Below, piece after piece: positions 27,722 to 36,380 of a stretch of 64,000 bases of DNA. The notes beneath the pieces were generated by a model. That model was given only the letters and a program-made list of their open reading frames with translations, ran no database searches and was not told where the DNA came from. Position numbers and translations under genes: made by a program. Position 1 is the stretch's first letter. Each line of letters opens with the position of its first letter. Source of the DNA: Thermoleophilia bacterium (GTDB taxonomy: Bacteria; Actinomycetota; Thermoleophilia; RBG-16-64-13); contig JAOAGT010000002.1 of assembly GCA_026415615.1 (NCBI GenBank), forward strand, positions 448,545 through 512,544, in the 5' to 3' direction.

Positions 27722-29212
27722 TTGGCACTTACTAAGGAAATGTATGAGGCGTTCGCAGGGGTAGTGGGGGAAGAGAATCTCTGCGACGATCCCGCCATGA
27801 TGGCTGCTTATTTCCGCACGGATTTTGCGGCGGTGGTGATGCCCAAGGACACTGCCGAAGTCCAAGCGGTCGTCAGATTGTGCAATAAGTTCAAGCTAAA
27901 GTTTAGGCCCATATGTACAGGCTGGACGGGAGTCTTCCAGCCGGGCAGCGTTCTGCTTGATCTGCGGCGGATGAACCGCATCATCGAGATCAACGAAAAG
28001 AACATGTATGCGGTAGTGGAGCCGTACGTGACTTCTGCCCAGCTGCAGGCTGAGCTGTTTAAGCGAGGGCTGAACACCAACATGAAGGGGGCAGGAGCCC
28101 AGTGTTCGGCCATGCTTCGGGGCCACGGACATCTCGATCAGTCGTGTGGCGCTGACGATCGCAATCACCTAGCTGTGGAGTGGGTGACTCCCGAGGGCGA
28201 GCTGGTCAAGATGGGATCCTGGGGCGCCATCGGTGAGTGGTTCTGTGGCGATGGGCCAGGCCCCTCTTTGCGCTCCCTTGTGTCCAGTGTGGTTCCGCCG
28301 AGCACCACTCCGGGCGTCTTCACCAAGGTGGCGATGAAGCTTTATCACTGGCCGGGGCCTGATAAGTACGCGCTGGAGGGCTACTCTCCCAAATATACGT
28401 TGCGGGAGTTTCCGCCCAACATGATGGCTCGGTACTACAGCTTCCCCACGCTTGAGAAGATGTGGCAGGCGGAGATTGCCATCGGCGAGGCGGAGATCGC
28501 TCTTGAGCTCATGGGCTTCAACGCGGCCATGGTGGCGGCGAATATCACCACCTGCAACGAAGAAGAAATGGCCATGTTTGAACGCCTCTCTAAGGAGGTG
28601 CAGGGGCCGGGCTTCTTTGTGATCATAGCTGGCGATTCTCCAGAAGACTTTGCCTACAAGAAAAAGGTCCTTGAGACTATCGTCAAGGAAAATGACGGGC
28701 AGTCGCTTAAGACAGTCGAAGATCCGGAGCTTGAGGGTATCCTGCTTACGCAGTGCACAAGAATCAGTGCATCAGTTCGGGAGACGTTCCGACCGGGTGG
28801 GTACTTCAAGTCGATTCCCATCATGGGTCAACGTGACCTTACTATTCGTTGGGCTGTAGGTGCTGGCAAGGCCAAGCTCCCGCTTATTGAGCAGGGTCTT
28901 ATTGCCGATGACGGTGGCGGATTCTTCGGCTGGGGAGTGGAGCACGGTCATCTCGGCAAGACGGAGATCTTCTGCAAGTTCAGTCCGCTTAATCCCGAGG
29001 CCTGGAAAGCGGTTAACAAGTGGCACCAGGAGCAGGTCCAGCGGGCGCTTGACGAAAAGTACTTTGCTCTCACCATGGGGCCGCAGGAAGAGATCGACAA
29101 GAAGGTTGGGCCCGCTCTCTCGAACTATCACTTGTGGTGGTACAAGGTGCTCGACGCCTTAGACCCCAACGGAGTGGTGCCTGACAAGGGCCTGAGCAAT
29201 CTTACGCCGTAG
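27722..29212 (+). CDS. FAD-linked oxidase-like protein (divergent, GlcE-like)
   Basis: The N-terminus resembles a FAD_binding_4 domain (AVVMPKDTAEVQAVVRLCNKFKLKFRPICTGW...). TTG start after GGAAGGAGG. Confidence 0.6.
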   Translation: MALTKEMYEAFAGVVGEENLCDDPAMMAAYFRTDFAAVVMPKDTAEVQAVVRLCNKFKLKFRPICTGWTGVFQPGSVLLDLRRMNRIIEINEKNMYAVVEPYVTSAQLQAELFKRGLNTNMKGAGAQCSAMLRGHGHLDQSCGADDRNHLAVEWVTPEGELVKMGSWGAIGEWFCGDGPGPSLRSLVSSVVPPSTTPGVFTKVAMKLYHWPGPDKYALEGYSPKYTLREFPPNMMARYYSFPTLEKMWQAEIAIGEAEIALELMGFNAAMVAANITTCNEEEMAMFERLSKEVQGPGFFVIIAGDSPEDFAYKKKVLETIVKENDGQSLKTVEDPELEGILLTQCTRISASVRETFRPGGYFKSIPIMGQRDLTIRWAVGAGKAKLPLIEQGLIADDGGGFFGWGVEHGHLGKTEIFCKFSPLNPEAWKAVNKWHQEQVQRALDEKYFALTMGPQEEIDKKVGPALSNYHLWWYKVLDALDPNGVVPDKGLSNLTP

Positions 29213-29214
29213 GG

Positions 29215-29257
29215 GGTGGGCGGGCGCAGGCCCTGCAGGGCCTGCGCCCGCCCCCTT
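29215..29257 (+). terminator. palindromic terminator hairpin ending the plus-strand operon
   Basis: GGGCGGGCGCAGGCCC-TGCA-GGGCCTGCGCCCGCCC, a perfect 16-bp stem, followed by CCTTTC. Confidence 0.65.
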
Positions 29258-29359
29258 TCAGTACCCGTCCAATACGTGGGCCGGGAGTGTAGACTTTCTA
29301 GCCTGCTTCGCGCAGCGCTTCTCTCTTGTTTGTTTCGATAACGGCAAGGAGGTTGCGGT

Positions 29360-30883
29360 TTGACAGCCCTACCCGAGAGAACAGCAAGCTGGTGCCAAGC
29401 GTTGTTCTTTGCTGGATCCACGACCTACATGTGGAATCAGGCGCCGGAGCTTAAAGCGCTTTTCTTGACGGCCTGCTCCTTCGAGGAAGGTATGGACGTA
29501 CTCCTTATAGGCAAGTTCTTGGAGGAAAGCGGTCTTGTTTCGGCCGTTGAGTCGATCCTACGGAGCTGGGGCAATCTGCGGGTAGTGGACTTGGCTCCCC
29601 AGGTTGTGGCTGCATGGCGGGCGGCGGGTGTGGCAGATGAGCAGCCTTCTTTCAAATGGGATCTTGATTGTTTTGATGAGCTCAGAGATGGGAGTCTCGA
29701 CCGTGTCGTGTTGTTTAACGCGGCCTCCCACGTTGCGGACTGGGAACATCTGTCTGCTCAAATCGGCCGGGTTCTTTGTCGAGGAGGCCGGGTTGTAGTC
29801 GCAGAGGCTCCACTGGGCGGGGCTGCTTTTAAACGCGCCCTTGCCTTTCACGCAGGATGGCGAGCAACGGTCGAAGGATTGCTTAGCGGCTTGGATCTAG
29901 AAGAAAGGGCAGTTGCTCCGCCAGAACCGGAGGATCTCAGGGCTCTGCTTGCCCAGCATATGACTTGGGCTCGTGTGCATGAGTGGCAGGGAATCTTTAT
30001 TTGCTACGGACAAAAAGGTCTCACAGAAAGGGAGGAGCTGGAAGCGTCCACAGCTGCCGAGATGGCCGGTCTGGGGGAGAATGATCTGGTCTACGTACCC
30101 GGTCCGGACACGTTTACAGCTTTTCCGCCGGCCAACATCTGGGTGCGCAGTTTCTTGAAGGTGCGTCCAGTGCGCACCACGTGGAGCCTTATGAGCGAGC
30201 TTGAGAAGGAAATTTGGGCAGACACCGCTGTAGAACTAGTGACACACTCAGGTGGCGATCTGTCAACAAATAAGGTGCTGGGGCTTAGCTTGATCGTCGA
30301 GTCGCCACAATCTGAGTTGGCGTCGCAGACACTGGTTTTGACGAAGCCTGCTGCAATAGGAGATGCGCTAGGAGGCTTTTCTCATCACTGGGCTTCTGGG
30401 CTTGTCGGCGCGTTTCTGGAATGCTTCCTGGGTCCAGATGATGGCCACCTTGCAAAGGTTGGAGAAACGCATGGTCCTTCTGAGCTGGGAAGTCTTGTTG
30501 CCAGACACTCGGCAGACGAGCTTGATCTTCTTTTTGTTGACGCCAGACTGGGTGACAGACACTACTGGAAGGAAACAATATCCCTCCTGTTGCCGGTTCT
30601 AAAACCCGGGGGCCGGCTTGTGTTATTTGCGGAAGATGGCGATGCTATCCAGCTGCTGTCGTTTCACAGCGCCTTCGCGCGCCTGCTTCTGGCAAGACTA
30701 GTGACTCCAGCAGACCCACTCGCTGCAGACTCCGCGGACGCGCTCTGTAACCGACTGACGGGCGGCATAAATATGGACCCCGAGTTGCTGCGCCAAGTGC
30801 TTGCAGGGTTCTTTGATGAGATCTCTGTGGCAGGACACGGCGGCTTCGTATTTGTGTCTGGCCGAAAACCTATGCGTCTTTAG
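29360..30883 (+). CDS. protein with two tandem class-I methyltransferase-fold halves, function unknown (paralog B)
   Basis: It shares extended motifs with 7864-9591: WCQALFFAGSTTYMWNQAPELKALFLTACSFEEGMDVLLIGKFLEESGL, DRVVLFNAASHVADWEH and RVVVAEAPLGG. TTG start after GGCAAGGAGG. Confidence 0.55.
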   Translation: MTALPERTASWCQALFFAGSTTYMWNQAPELKALFLTACSFEEGMDVLLIGKFLEESGLVSAVESILRSWGNLRVVDLAPQVVAAWRAAGVADEQPSFKWDLDCFDELRDGSLDRVVLFNAASHVADWEHLSAQIGRVLCRGGRVVVAEAPLGGAAFKRALAFHAGWRATVEGLLSGLDLEERAVAPPEPEDLRALLAQHMTWARVHEWQGIFICYGQKGLTEREELEASTAAEMAGLGENDLVYVPGPDTFTAFPPANIWVRSFLKVRPVRTTWSLMSELEKEIWADTAVELVTHSGGDLSTNKVLGLSLIVESPQSELASQTLVLTKPAAIGDALGGFSHHWASGLVGAFLECFLGPDDGHLAKVGETHGPSELGSLVARHSADELDLLFVDARLGDRHYWKETISLLLPVLKPGGRLVLFAEDGDAIQLLSFHSAFARLLLARLVTPADPLAADSADALCNRLTGGINMDPELLRQVLAGFFDEISVAGHGGFVFVSGRKPMRL

Positions 30884-30888
30884 ACAAC

Positions 30889-31200
30889 CTATGCGTCTTT
30901 GGGCTCGCTGGGGCTGTTCTGTGGGCTGTCAGAGAAGAGACTCTCAAACCGACGCGCGGCTTTTTCTTTTTCTGCCTCCTGAGCAGCTCTTACTTTCGAT
31001 GCGGCTTCTTCCAGGGCCACTTTGTGTTGCTCTGCCCGGGCAAGCAGAGTGTCAAGCGAGACCTCCGGCTGCTCCTTCGCCACTTGCTTTAGGATAAAGA
31101 GCACTTCCTCTTGCAGCGTCCGCTGATTGTATGCCGCTCGCATGCGCAAGGCCCGGACTACTTCGTCGGGTACGTTTTTTATGGTCAGGGTGGTAGCCAT
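30889..31200 (-). CDS. ribbon-helix-helix (Arc/FitA-type) antitoxin-like protein, no adjacent toxin
   Basis: MATTLTIKNVPDEVVRALRMRAAYNQRTLQEEV matches RHH 'plasmid stability' antitoxins, followed by a charged helical tail. I moved the start to MATT, preceded by AGGAG. Confidence 0.5.
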   Translation of the reverse strand: MATTLTIKNVPDEVVRALRMRAAYNQRTLQEEVLFILKQVAKEQPEVSLDTLLARAEQHKVALEEAASKVRAAQEAEKEKAARRFESLFSDSPQNSPSEPKDA

Positions 31201-31219
31201 TACATTGACGCTCCTGCGT

Positions 31220-31768
31220 TCAAAGCCTAAGTACCAACAAGCGGGCTCGCTCTTCAATTCGCCTTAGCTCCGCTTCATCAGGAAGACCTTTGATGTTGCC
31301 CATTCTTCCTCTTGTGCTCAGTTCCTCAGACCCATGGAACTCAGAAAGCACATACCATTCATCTAGCACAGCGAACCCTAGGTGCTCAAAAAACTGCGCA
31401 GCGTACATGCCAGCTGGGATGGCCTCTCTGAGCCCCGTGTGTGGTCCCGAGAAAGTGCAGAAAATTAAGGCATTTCTGTTAGGCAGGCGCGGTGCTCCTG
31501 GCAAGACCCTGCCTTGATGGCGATACTGTTCAAACTTGCTCTTTAGATAATCATCCATGGCCCGGGGCGGATGCCAGTTGTAAGACGGAAACCCCAGGCA
31601 GACAAGATCAAAATCAAAGAAGTCAAGATCTCCAGCCTCTTCTACTGGACGCAAGGTAGTGGCCATTCCTCCGGCGCGGAGTCCTGCTTCGATGGCCCGA
31701 GCTACCTTGGCTGTATTTCCTGTGCGTGACCAATAAAGCACCAGGGCAGTTCTTGGCGCGTTGGTCAT
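31220..31768 (-). CDS. flavodoxin-family FMN protein
   Basis: LVLYWSRTGNTAKVARAI is the flavodoxin phosphate-binding motif. Confidence 0.7.
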   Translation of the reverse strand: MTNAPRTALVLYWSRTGNTAKVARAIEAGLRAGGMATTLRPVEEAGDLDFFDFDLVCLGFPSYNWHPPRAMDDYLKSKFEQYRHQGRVLPGAPRLPNRNALIFCTFSGPHTGLREAIPAGMYAAQFFEHLGFAVLDEWYVLSEFHGSEELSTRGRMGNIKGLPDEAELRRIEERARLLVLRL

Positions 31769-31882
31769 TCCTCTACCTCTTATCTTGTGCTCGCGGTTGT
31801 TCCTGCCGTAATTTTGCTACCGACTAACAGAAGCCTACCATGACAACAGGCGGTGGCAAGAGGTTCCCAAAGGAGGCTGCAC

Positions 31883-32236
31883 GTGATTGTCAAGCGAGCA
31901 AGCGACGTGGAGCAAGTAGAGGTAGCCGGGTGTCCTGGGGTAACAAAACAAATTGTCCTGGGCCCAGCCGATGGTTCAGAGGAGATAGTGCTCCGTTACT
32001 TTAAGGTAGAAAAAGGCAGCGCTACGCCCCGGCATGCTCATGATTTTCCTCACCTCGTGAAGATTGAAGCTGGCCAGGGAGTAGCGGTATGTGCTGATGG
32101 GACCGAGAAGCCTCTGGGCGCCGGCGACTACGTGTTTGTTCCAGCCAATGAGCTGCACAGCTTCAGGAACACAGGGGAAAAGACCTTTGAGTTCGTGTGT
32201 ATAGTGCCGGGGCGCGGCGAGCCGCCCGGAGCCTAG
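31883..32236 (+). CDS. cupin domain protein
   Basis: ATPRHAHDFPHLVKIEAG...PANELHSFRNTG are the cupin motifs. The GTG at 31883 is preceded by AAAGGAGG. The track start at 31853 has no RBS. Confidence 0.75.
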   Translation: MIVKRASDVEQVEVAGCPGVTKQIVLGPADGSEEIVLRYFKVEKGSATPRHAHDFPHLVKIEAGQGVAVCADGTEKPLGAGDYVFVPANELHSFRNTGEKTFEFVCIVPGRGEPPGA

Positions 32237-32272
32237 GCCGGGCGGCTCGCCGCCTAAATCCTGTCTAGCCTT

Positions 32273-33049
32273 TTACCGCACTATCCGGTAGACGACTGTC
32301 ACCGAAGCTGTTACCTGGATGTTCTGCGGAATGATCGGCGGCGGTGTTACCGAACCTGTCTCTTGGGCGCCAGCATAAGCTCTTGCATCCATTCCCGGGA
32401 ACCAGTTGTAGCTCTGGTTCTCACTGATGCTGACAACTTCTCCCAGACGAAGACCCTGGTCTTGTGCGATAGCTTCGGCTTTGAGCTGAGCGTTGGCAAG
32501 CGCCTTTGAAAGGGCCTTGGCGACTGCCGAACTGTCCTCTCTTAGTTGCCAAGCGGGACCGTTTATGTTGTCCGCTCCTGCGTCGCTAGCTGCAGCGAAA
32601 ACCTGTCCTATCTGGGCGAAATCCGTGATCCTGACACTTACCGTGTTCTGTGCCCGGTAGCCGGTGGTTTTCTCCTGGCCCGTTGCAGAGTCATAGTAAC
32701 GGTTGGGGTAGACTGTAACTCCTGCGGTCTCAATCTTGTCCTGCGAGATGCCCTCAGCCTTCAAGCGATCAAGGACCTTCTGTGTTTCCTTTGAGTTCGC
32801 GTCAAGTGCCGCGGCCGCGGTTTTCCCATCCGTTTCGACACCGATTTGGATCGTGGCCTCATCTGGAGCGGTGGTGACCGTGCCAGTGCCGGTGACGACG
32901 ATAGTGTTGGCTCCCTGGGCTTCAGGGCTCTCTGCTTGAGCGGCTGGCTGCTCCTGGCTGCATCCGGCTAATGTTCCTGCCAGGATAATCGTTAGACCCA
33001 CCAGAACTGCTGCAATGAGCCTCCCCGTGCTCCGTTTGGAGTGCGTCAT
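32273..33049 (-). CDS. SIMPL/DUF541 domain secreted protein (BP26/OMP28-like)
   Basis: Signal peptide with AGC, then the SIMPL pattern (YRAQNTVSVRITDFAQIGQVFAAA...). AAAGGAGAA RBS. Confidence 0.8.
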   Translation of the reverse strand: MTHSKRSTGRLIAAVLVGLTIILAGTLAGCSQEQPAAQAESPEAQGANTIVVTGTGTVTTAPDEATIQIGVETDGKTAAAALDANSKETQKVLDRLKAEGISQDKIETAGVTVYPNRYYDSATGQEKTTGYRAQNTVSVRITDFAQIGQVFAAASDAGADNINGPAWQLREDSSAVAKALSKALANAQLKAEAIAQDQGLRLGEVVSISENQSYNWFPGMDARAYAGAQETGSVTPPPIIPQNIQVTASVTVVYRIVR

Positions 33050-33430
33050 TGTATTCTCCTTTCCACTCTGAGCCGTGGTCTAGCTTCGTTGTGCCCATGA
33101 GTGGGACGCACCCTGGGACGGTTTGGTTCCGTTGCGAAGTCCAAGAGGGTACCGATCGGATCGGAGGCTGCGTACACATCTTGGCGGACCGCACCCCCTT
33201 CTGGCAACTGCTAGAGGTTGGCAGTCGCTTGGCGCGACATGCGTCTCGGGTTAAGCGGGAACGTGGAGGGAAAGACGTGCGGGGACGACTGCAGCTTGAA
33301 GATCACTGCTTGTTCTGTGAACGAGAGATATCTTCCTATGTGGCCAGCTACCTCTATACTTGCAGGCGGTGCTTTGGAAGCGCCTGGAACTAAGCTTCAT
33401 TTGACGGAACCGGGCCAGAAAGGAAAACCC

Positions 33431-33898
33431 ATGTGCGCAGACGACGTTTCGAGGTATCTAGTTGATCACCCTCCCTACGAAGTGACGCCGCCCGCTGTCG
33501 AGGGTCGCACTTCTCCCATGACTCTGATGAGTCGCAACCTTGTCCCCGAAGCCAATGTCTACGTGGAGGGCGGCTGGATCTTCGGTCCCCCAGATCCAAA
33601 TCCCCACATTCTTGAGCACACTCACAACTACGATGAGCTGGTCATACACGTTGGGTCCGACCCAGAGAACCCCGAGGACCTCGGAGCCGAAATAGAGTTC
33701 ATGCTTGACGGCAAGCCTCTTCTCATTAGCCGGACGTCTTGTGTCTTTGTGCCCAAGGGTATGAAGCACGGCCCGCTTACCTGGAAGCGGTTCACGCGCC
33801 CGCATATCGAACTAACGGTCATGTTAGGAGCAGGCACTCTCGCTGAGGCTGATCCCGGAGGCCATCTGGCTGCCTCAGAGCAGAAGGACACTCCCTAA
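33431..33898 (+). CDS. cupin domain protein (third paralog of the 12067 and 13137 family)
   Basis: HTHNYDELVIHVGSDPENP...VFVPKGMKHGP. I moved the start to MCADD, preceded by AAAGGAAAA. The track starts at 33218. Confidence 0.6.
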   Translation: MCADDVSRYLVDHPPYEVTPPAVEGRTSPMTLMSRNLVPEANVYVEGGWIFGPPDPNPHILEHTHNYDELVIHVGSDPENPEDLGAEIEFMLDGKPLLISRTSCVFVPKGMKHGPLTWKRFTRPHIELTVMLGAGTLAEADPGGHLAASEQKDTP

Positions 33899-33944
33899 TC
33901 AGCTCCTAGTGAGCTCGCGCCGCGCTTGTCAGGCTCGCTGCGCA

Positions 33945-34382
33945 CTAGTGCGCCCGGGTAAGGGGCGGCACGATAACAACTGGGCAGGGAGCGTGGTCGG
34001 CCACATGTCTGCTTACAGAGCCTAGCAACAATGAGGCTAGCGCTCCCTGCCCTCGTCTGCCTACTACCAACATCTCCGCCTCTTTGGCCTCTTCCACGAG
34101 CACTTCAGGGGGCCAACCGTTAATGGCTCGCCCCTCACGGGCCAAGGTGGGTTCGAGTTCTCTTACTCTCTCAAGGGCTTCGGCGACAACAGCCTCTGCT
34201 CCCTCCCTGATCACATCAAAAAGCCCGGCGGCTGTGAGGGCGTCTTGCTGGCCCAAGCTTGGACTCTCCCAGACGCAGATCACGCGCAGTAAGGCGTTTC
34301 GTATCTTGGCTTCCTCCACTGCAAACTCAAGAGCCACCCCCGATGCCTCAGAGCCATCTACGCCAACCAATATGAGCCCCAC
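33945..34382 (-). CDS. universal stress protein (UspA family)
   Basis: ILVGVDGSEAS...VVGRRGQGALASLLLGSVSRHVADHAPCPVVIV. GTG start after GGGAGG. Confidence 0.85.
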   Translation of the reverse strand: MGLILVGVDGSEASGVALEFAVEEAKIRNALLRVICVWESPSLGQQDALTAAGLFDVIREGAEAVVAEALERVRELEPTLAREGRAINGWPPEVLVEEAKEAEMLVVGRRGQGALASLLLGSVSRHVADHAPCPVVIVPPLTRAH

Positions 34383-34486
34383 CTTCAGCCTCCCGCCAAG
34401 TCTGGTCTTGTGCTAGTCGCGCGCAGTTCCCAAGCGGTGAATCTGCGCGAAAATAGGTTTGCGCGGAAATGGGTCTGCCTGAGTAA

Positions 34487-34912
34487 CTAGATGCCCTGCG
34501 ACAGCACTTCAACCACGCGGTTGGCGTCTTCTGCCGAGTCAAGCCCTACGTGAGCAACGAACCGTGTTCCTAGTGCCGCAGCGGAGAAGCCGCGCATGTT
34601 TATGCCTGCATCTGCCACCTTTTGCGCGATCTTAGACGCTACACCCGGTTCGTTTTGGCCCTCCACCCGAACCGAGTGAAGAGTAGAGGTTGCCGAGAAA
34701 CCCAGAGTAGTGGCGGCTCTAATTTCCCGGTCGCCGCGAATCGGGGTCACGAAAATCACACCTGTGCCAGGTTTCTCTGGCGCTCGCCGCACAATGATGA
34801 AATCCAAGTCAGCTCCTGCTGCAGCCAACCCTTGTAGAACTGCGGCTAGGGCTCCCGGTTTATCCTCAAGACTTGCAGCCCACACTTCTTCCTTTTCCAC
34901 CAGGAGTTCCAT
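34487..34912 (-). CDS. ACT-domain pair protein
   Basis: Two ACT-like halves (DKPGALAAVLQGLAAAGADL and EPGVASKIAQKVADAGINM). Confidence 0.7.
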   Translation of the reverse strand: MELLVEKEEVWAASLEDKPGALAAVLQGLAAAGADLDFIIVRRAPEKPGTGVIFVTPIRGDREIRAATTLGFSATSTLHSVRVEGQNEPGVASKIAQKVADAGINMRGFSAAALGTRFVAHVGLDSAEDANRVVEVLSQGI

Positions 34913-35106
34913 GAATTCCCCCTTCGTAACGTAAGAGCGCTTTCCCTAAGAGTAGGCTTGTTCGACGGCCTATGAGCCGCTCTCTTGTTGCGAAGTTACC
35001 CAGAATAAGCCTTGTCTAAGCCCCCTCGTCGTCCTTAAGTTGGCGGCAAGACCACGCACGAGAGCGCGTGGTGGGGAGGGCAGATCGCAGCAGGCGCGCG
35101 TGGCAT

Positions 35107-36336
35107 TTATGGGGTGGTCTGTGGGGCGGTCCCTGAGAGTTTCTTGGCCAGAGCCGGGAGACCTATGACGTCAAGCGTACGAATCTCTGAGCGGTTGGTT
35201 TCAAACAGAGTGGCAAAACCTGTGGGTAGCTCTCCGTTTCTCGCTAGGAGCAAAATGCCGTTGTCCTGCGCAAGACACGCGCTAGCTACCAAGGCATCGG
35301 CAAAGCTATCGCCACTCGCAATACAAGTGTGCGCGAAGCTCAACCCGTTCCGTGAGGCGTAACTCACTACGGCAGCGGCGGTGGTGAATGGGTCAGTCTC
35401 GTTAATAGTCTCCACAGTAGCAAGAGAGAGCTTGGTCTGTGTTCCCACTATGAGTGCCGATGTCACTCCAGCCTGGTCCAGAAATGAGGTTACCTGTGCA
35501 GGTAACTTGGCGTCGCGTCTGGTAAGAACCACAGGCCACTTGTGCGCGCCAGCGAGCGGGCCAACGGCGACCGCTTCAACAAAGTCATCCGAGGGGACAA
35601 CCACGACCCGAGCAATGGTCTCCAATTTGCCGGCTAGCGTCTGCGCTATAAGCACTGCGGTTTGGTAGGCGTCATCGCCAGTTATCGTGGTGACCTGGGG
35701 CTTGTCCAGTATTTCTCTTAGTCGAGAAGCGGTCGCTTTAGCCTTTGGAACTCCCACCAGGAAGACCTGGACTGGGTCAAGCCTCTTGAGCTCCGTCTCT
35801 AAATCACCGCGCAGCCCCGAGGGGGGCATCAGCAGCACGGGTCCCCCGTAAGCAGCTGCTAAGGGAGGGACGCAGATACCATGCTCGAAGCTCTCCCCAG
35901 AAACCAAGACTACGCTCGGCGCTCCTGTGGGGAAGTTTAGCCGCGAAACAGCTATGGCTGTGGCGTAGCGGTCTTCGCCAGCGGGGATGTTGTTTACTAT
36001 GAGAGGTTCAGTGGTAGTGGTGGTGGACGTCTCTTCTACATAAGGGGTCGTGCTAGGTACGGTGTAGGCTGTTTCCGTTGTATTGGAGGCAAACAACGGG
36101 AACACAAGTCGCTCCGCGGTGTAGTAGAGAGCGTATGCAATTGCCGCTATCACACCGAGAGAAAAAAGCCACTTAACAACTTGTGCTCCCACGCGGATGT
36201 AAGTGGTCCCGCCGAGCAAACCCAGGTGAACCCGGGGAAGACGCGCCCCGCAGTACCAGCAATACTTGCTTCCGCGAGTGTTGGTTCCACCGCACTCGCG
36301 ACACTCGATGCCCTGATCTTGCTTCTCAGCAGCCAC
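35107..36336 (-). CDS. cell-wall-binding repeat (CW_binding_2) protein with N-terminal zinc-ribbon and TM anchor
   Basis: CRECGG..CWYCG zinc ribbon, a TM helix, then three repeats of the clostridial cell-wall-binding repeat 2 (...GDDAYQTAVLIAQ...). Confidence 0.75.
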   Translation of the reverse strand: MAAEKQDQGIECRECGGTNTRGSKYCWYCGARLPRVHLGLLGGTTYIRVGAQVVKWLFSLGVIAAIAYALYYTAERLVFPLFASNTTETAYTVPSTTPYVEETSTTTTTEPLIVNNIPAGEDRYATAIAVSRLNFPTGAPSVVLVSGESFEHGICVPPLAAAYGGPVLLMPPSGLRGDLETELKRLDPVQVFLVGVPKAKATASRLREILDKPQVTTITGDDAYQTAVLIAQTLAGKLETIARVVVVPSDDFVEAVAVGPLAGAHKWPVVLTRRDAKLPAQVTSFLDQAGVTSALIVGTQTKLSLATVETINETDPFTTAAAVVSYASRNGLSFAHTCIASGDSFADALVASACLAQDNGILLLARNGELPTGFATLFETNRSEIRTLDVIGLPALAKKLSGTAPQTTP

Positions 36337-36380
36337 GTTTCCCCCCGCTTGGCAGCTCCAATCTACTACATTAGCCCTAT

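Noticed and set aside
33049-33393. 114-aa plus-strand ORF in the 380-bp spacer between the SIMPL gene and the cupin paralog
   Set aside because: It has no RBS and a Cys/Arg-rich low-complexity sequence. I treat the region as a long untranslated leader or promoter for the cupin gene at 33431.
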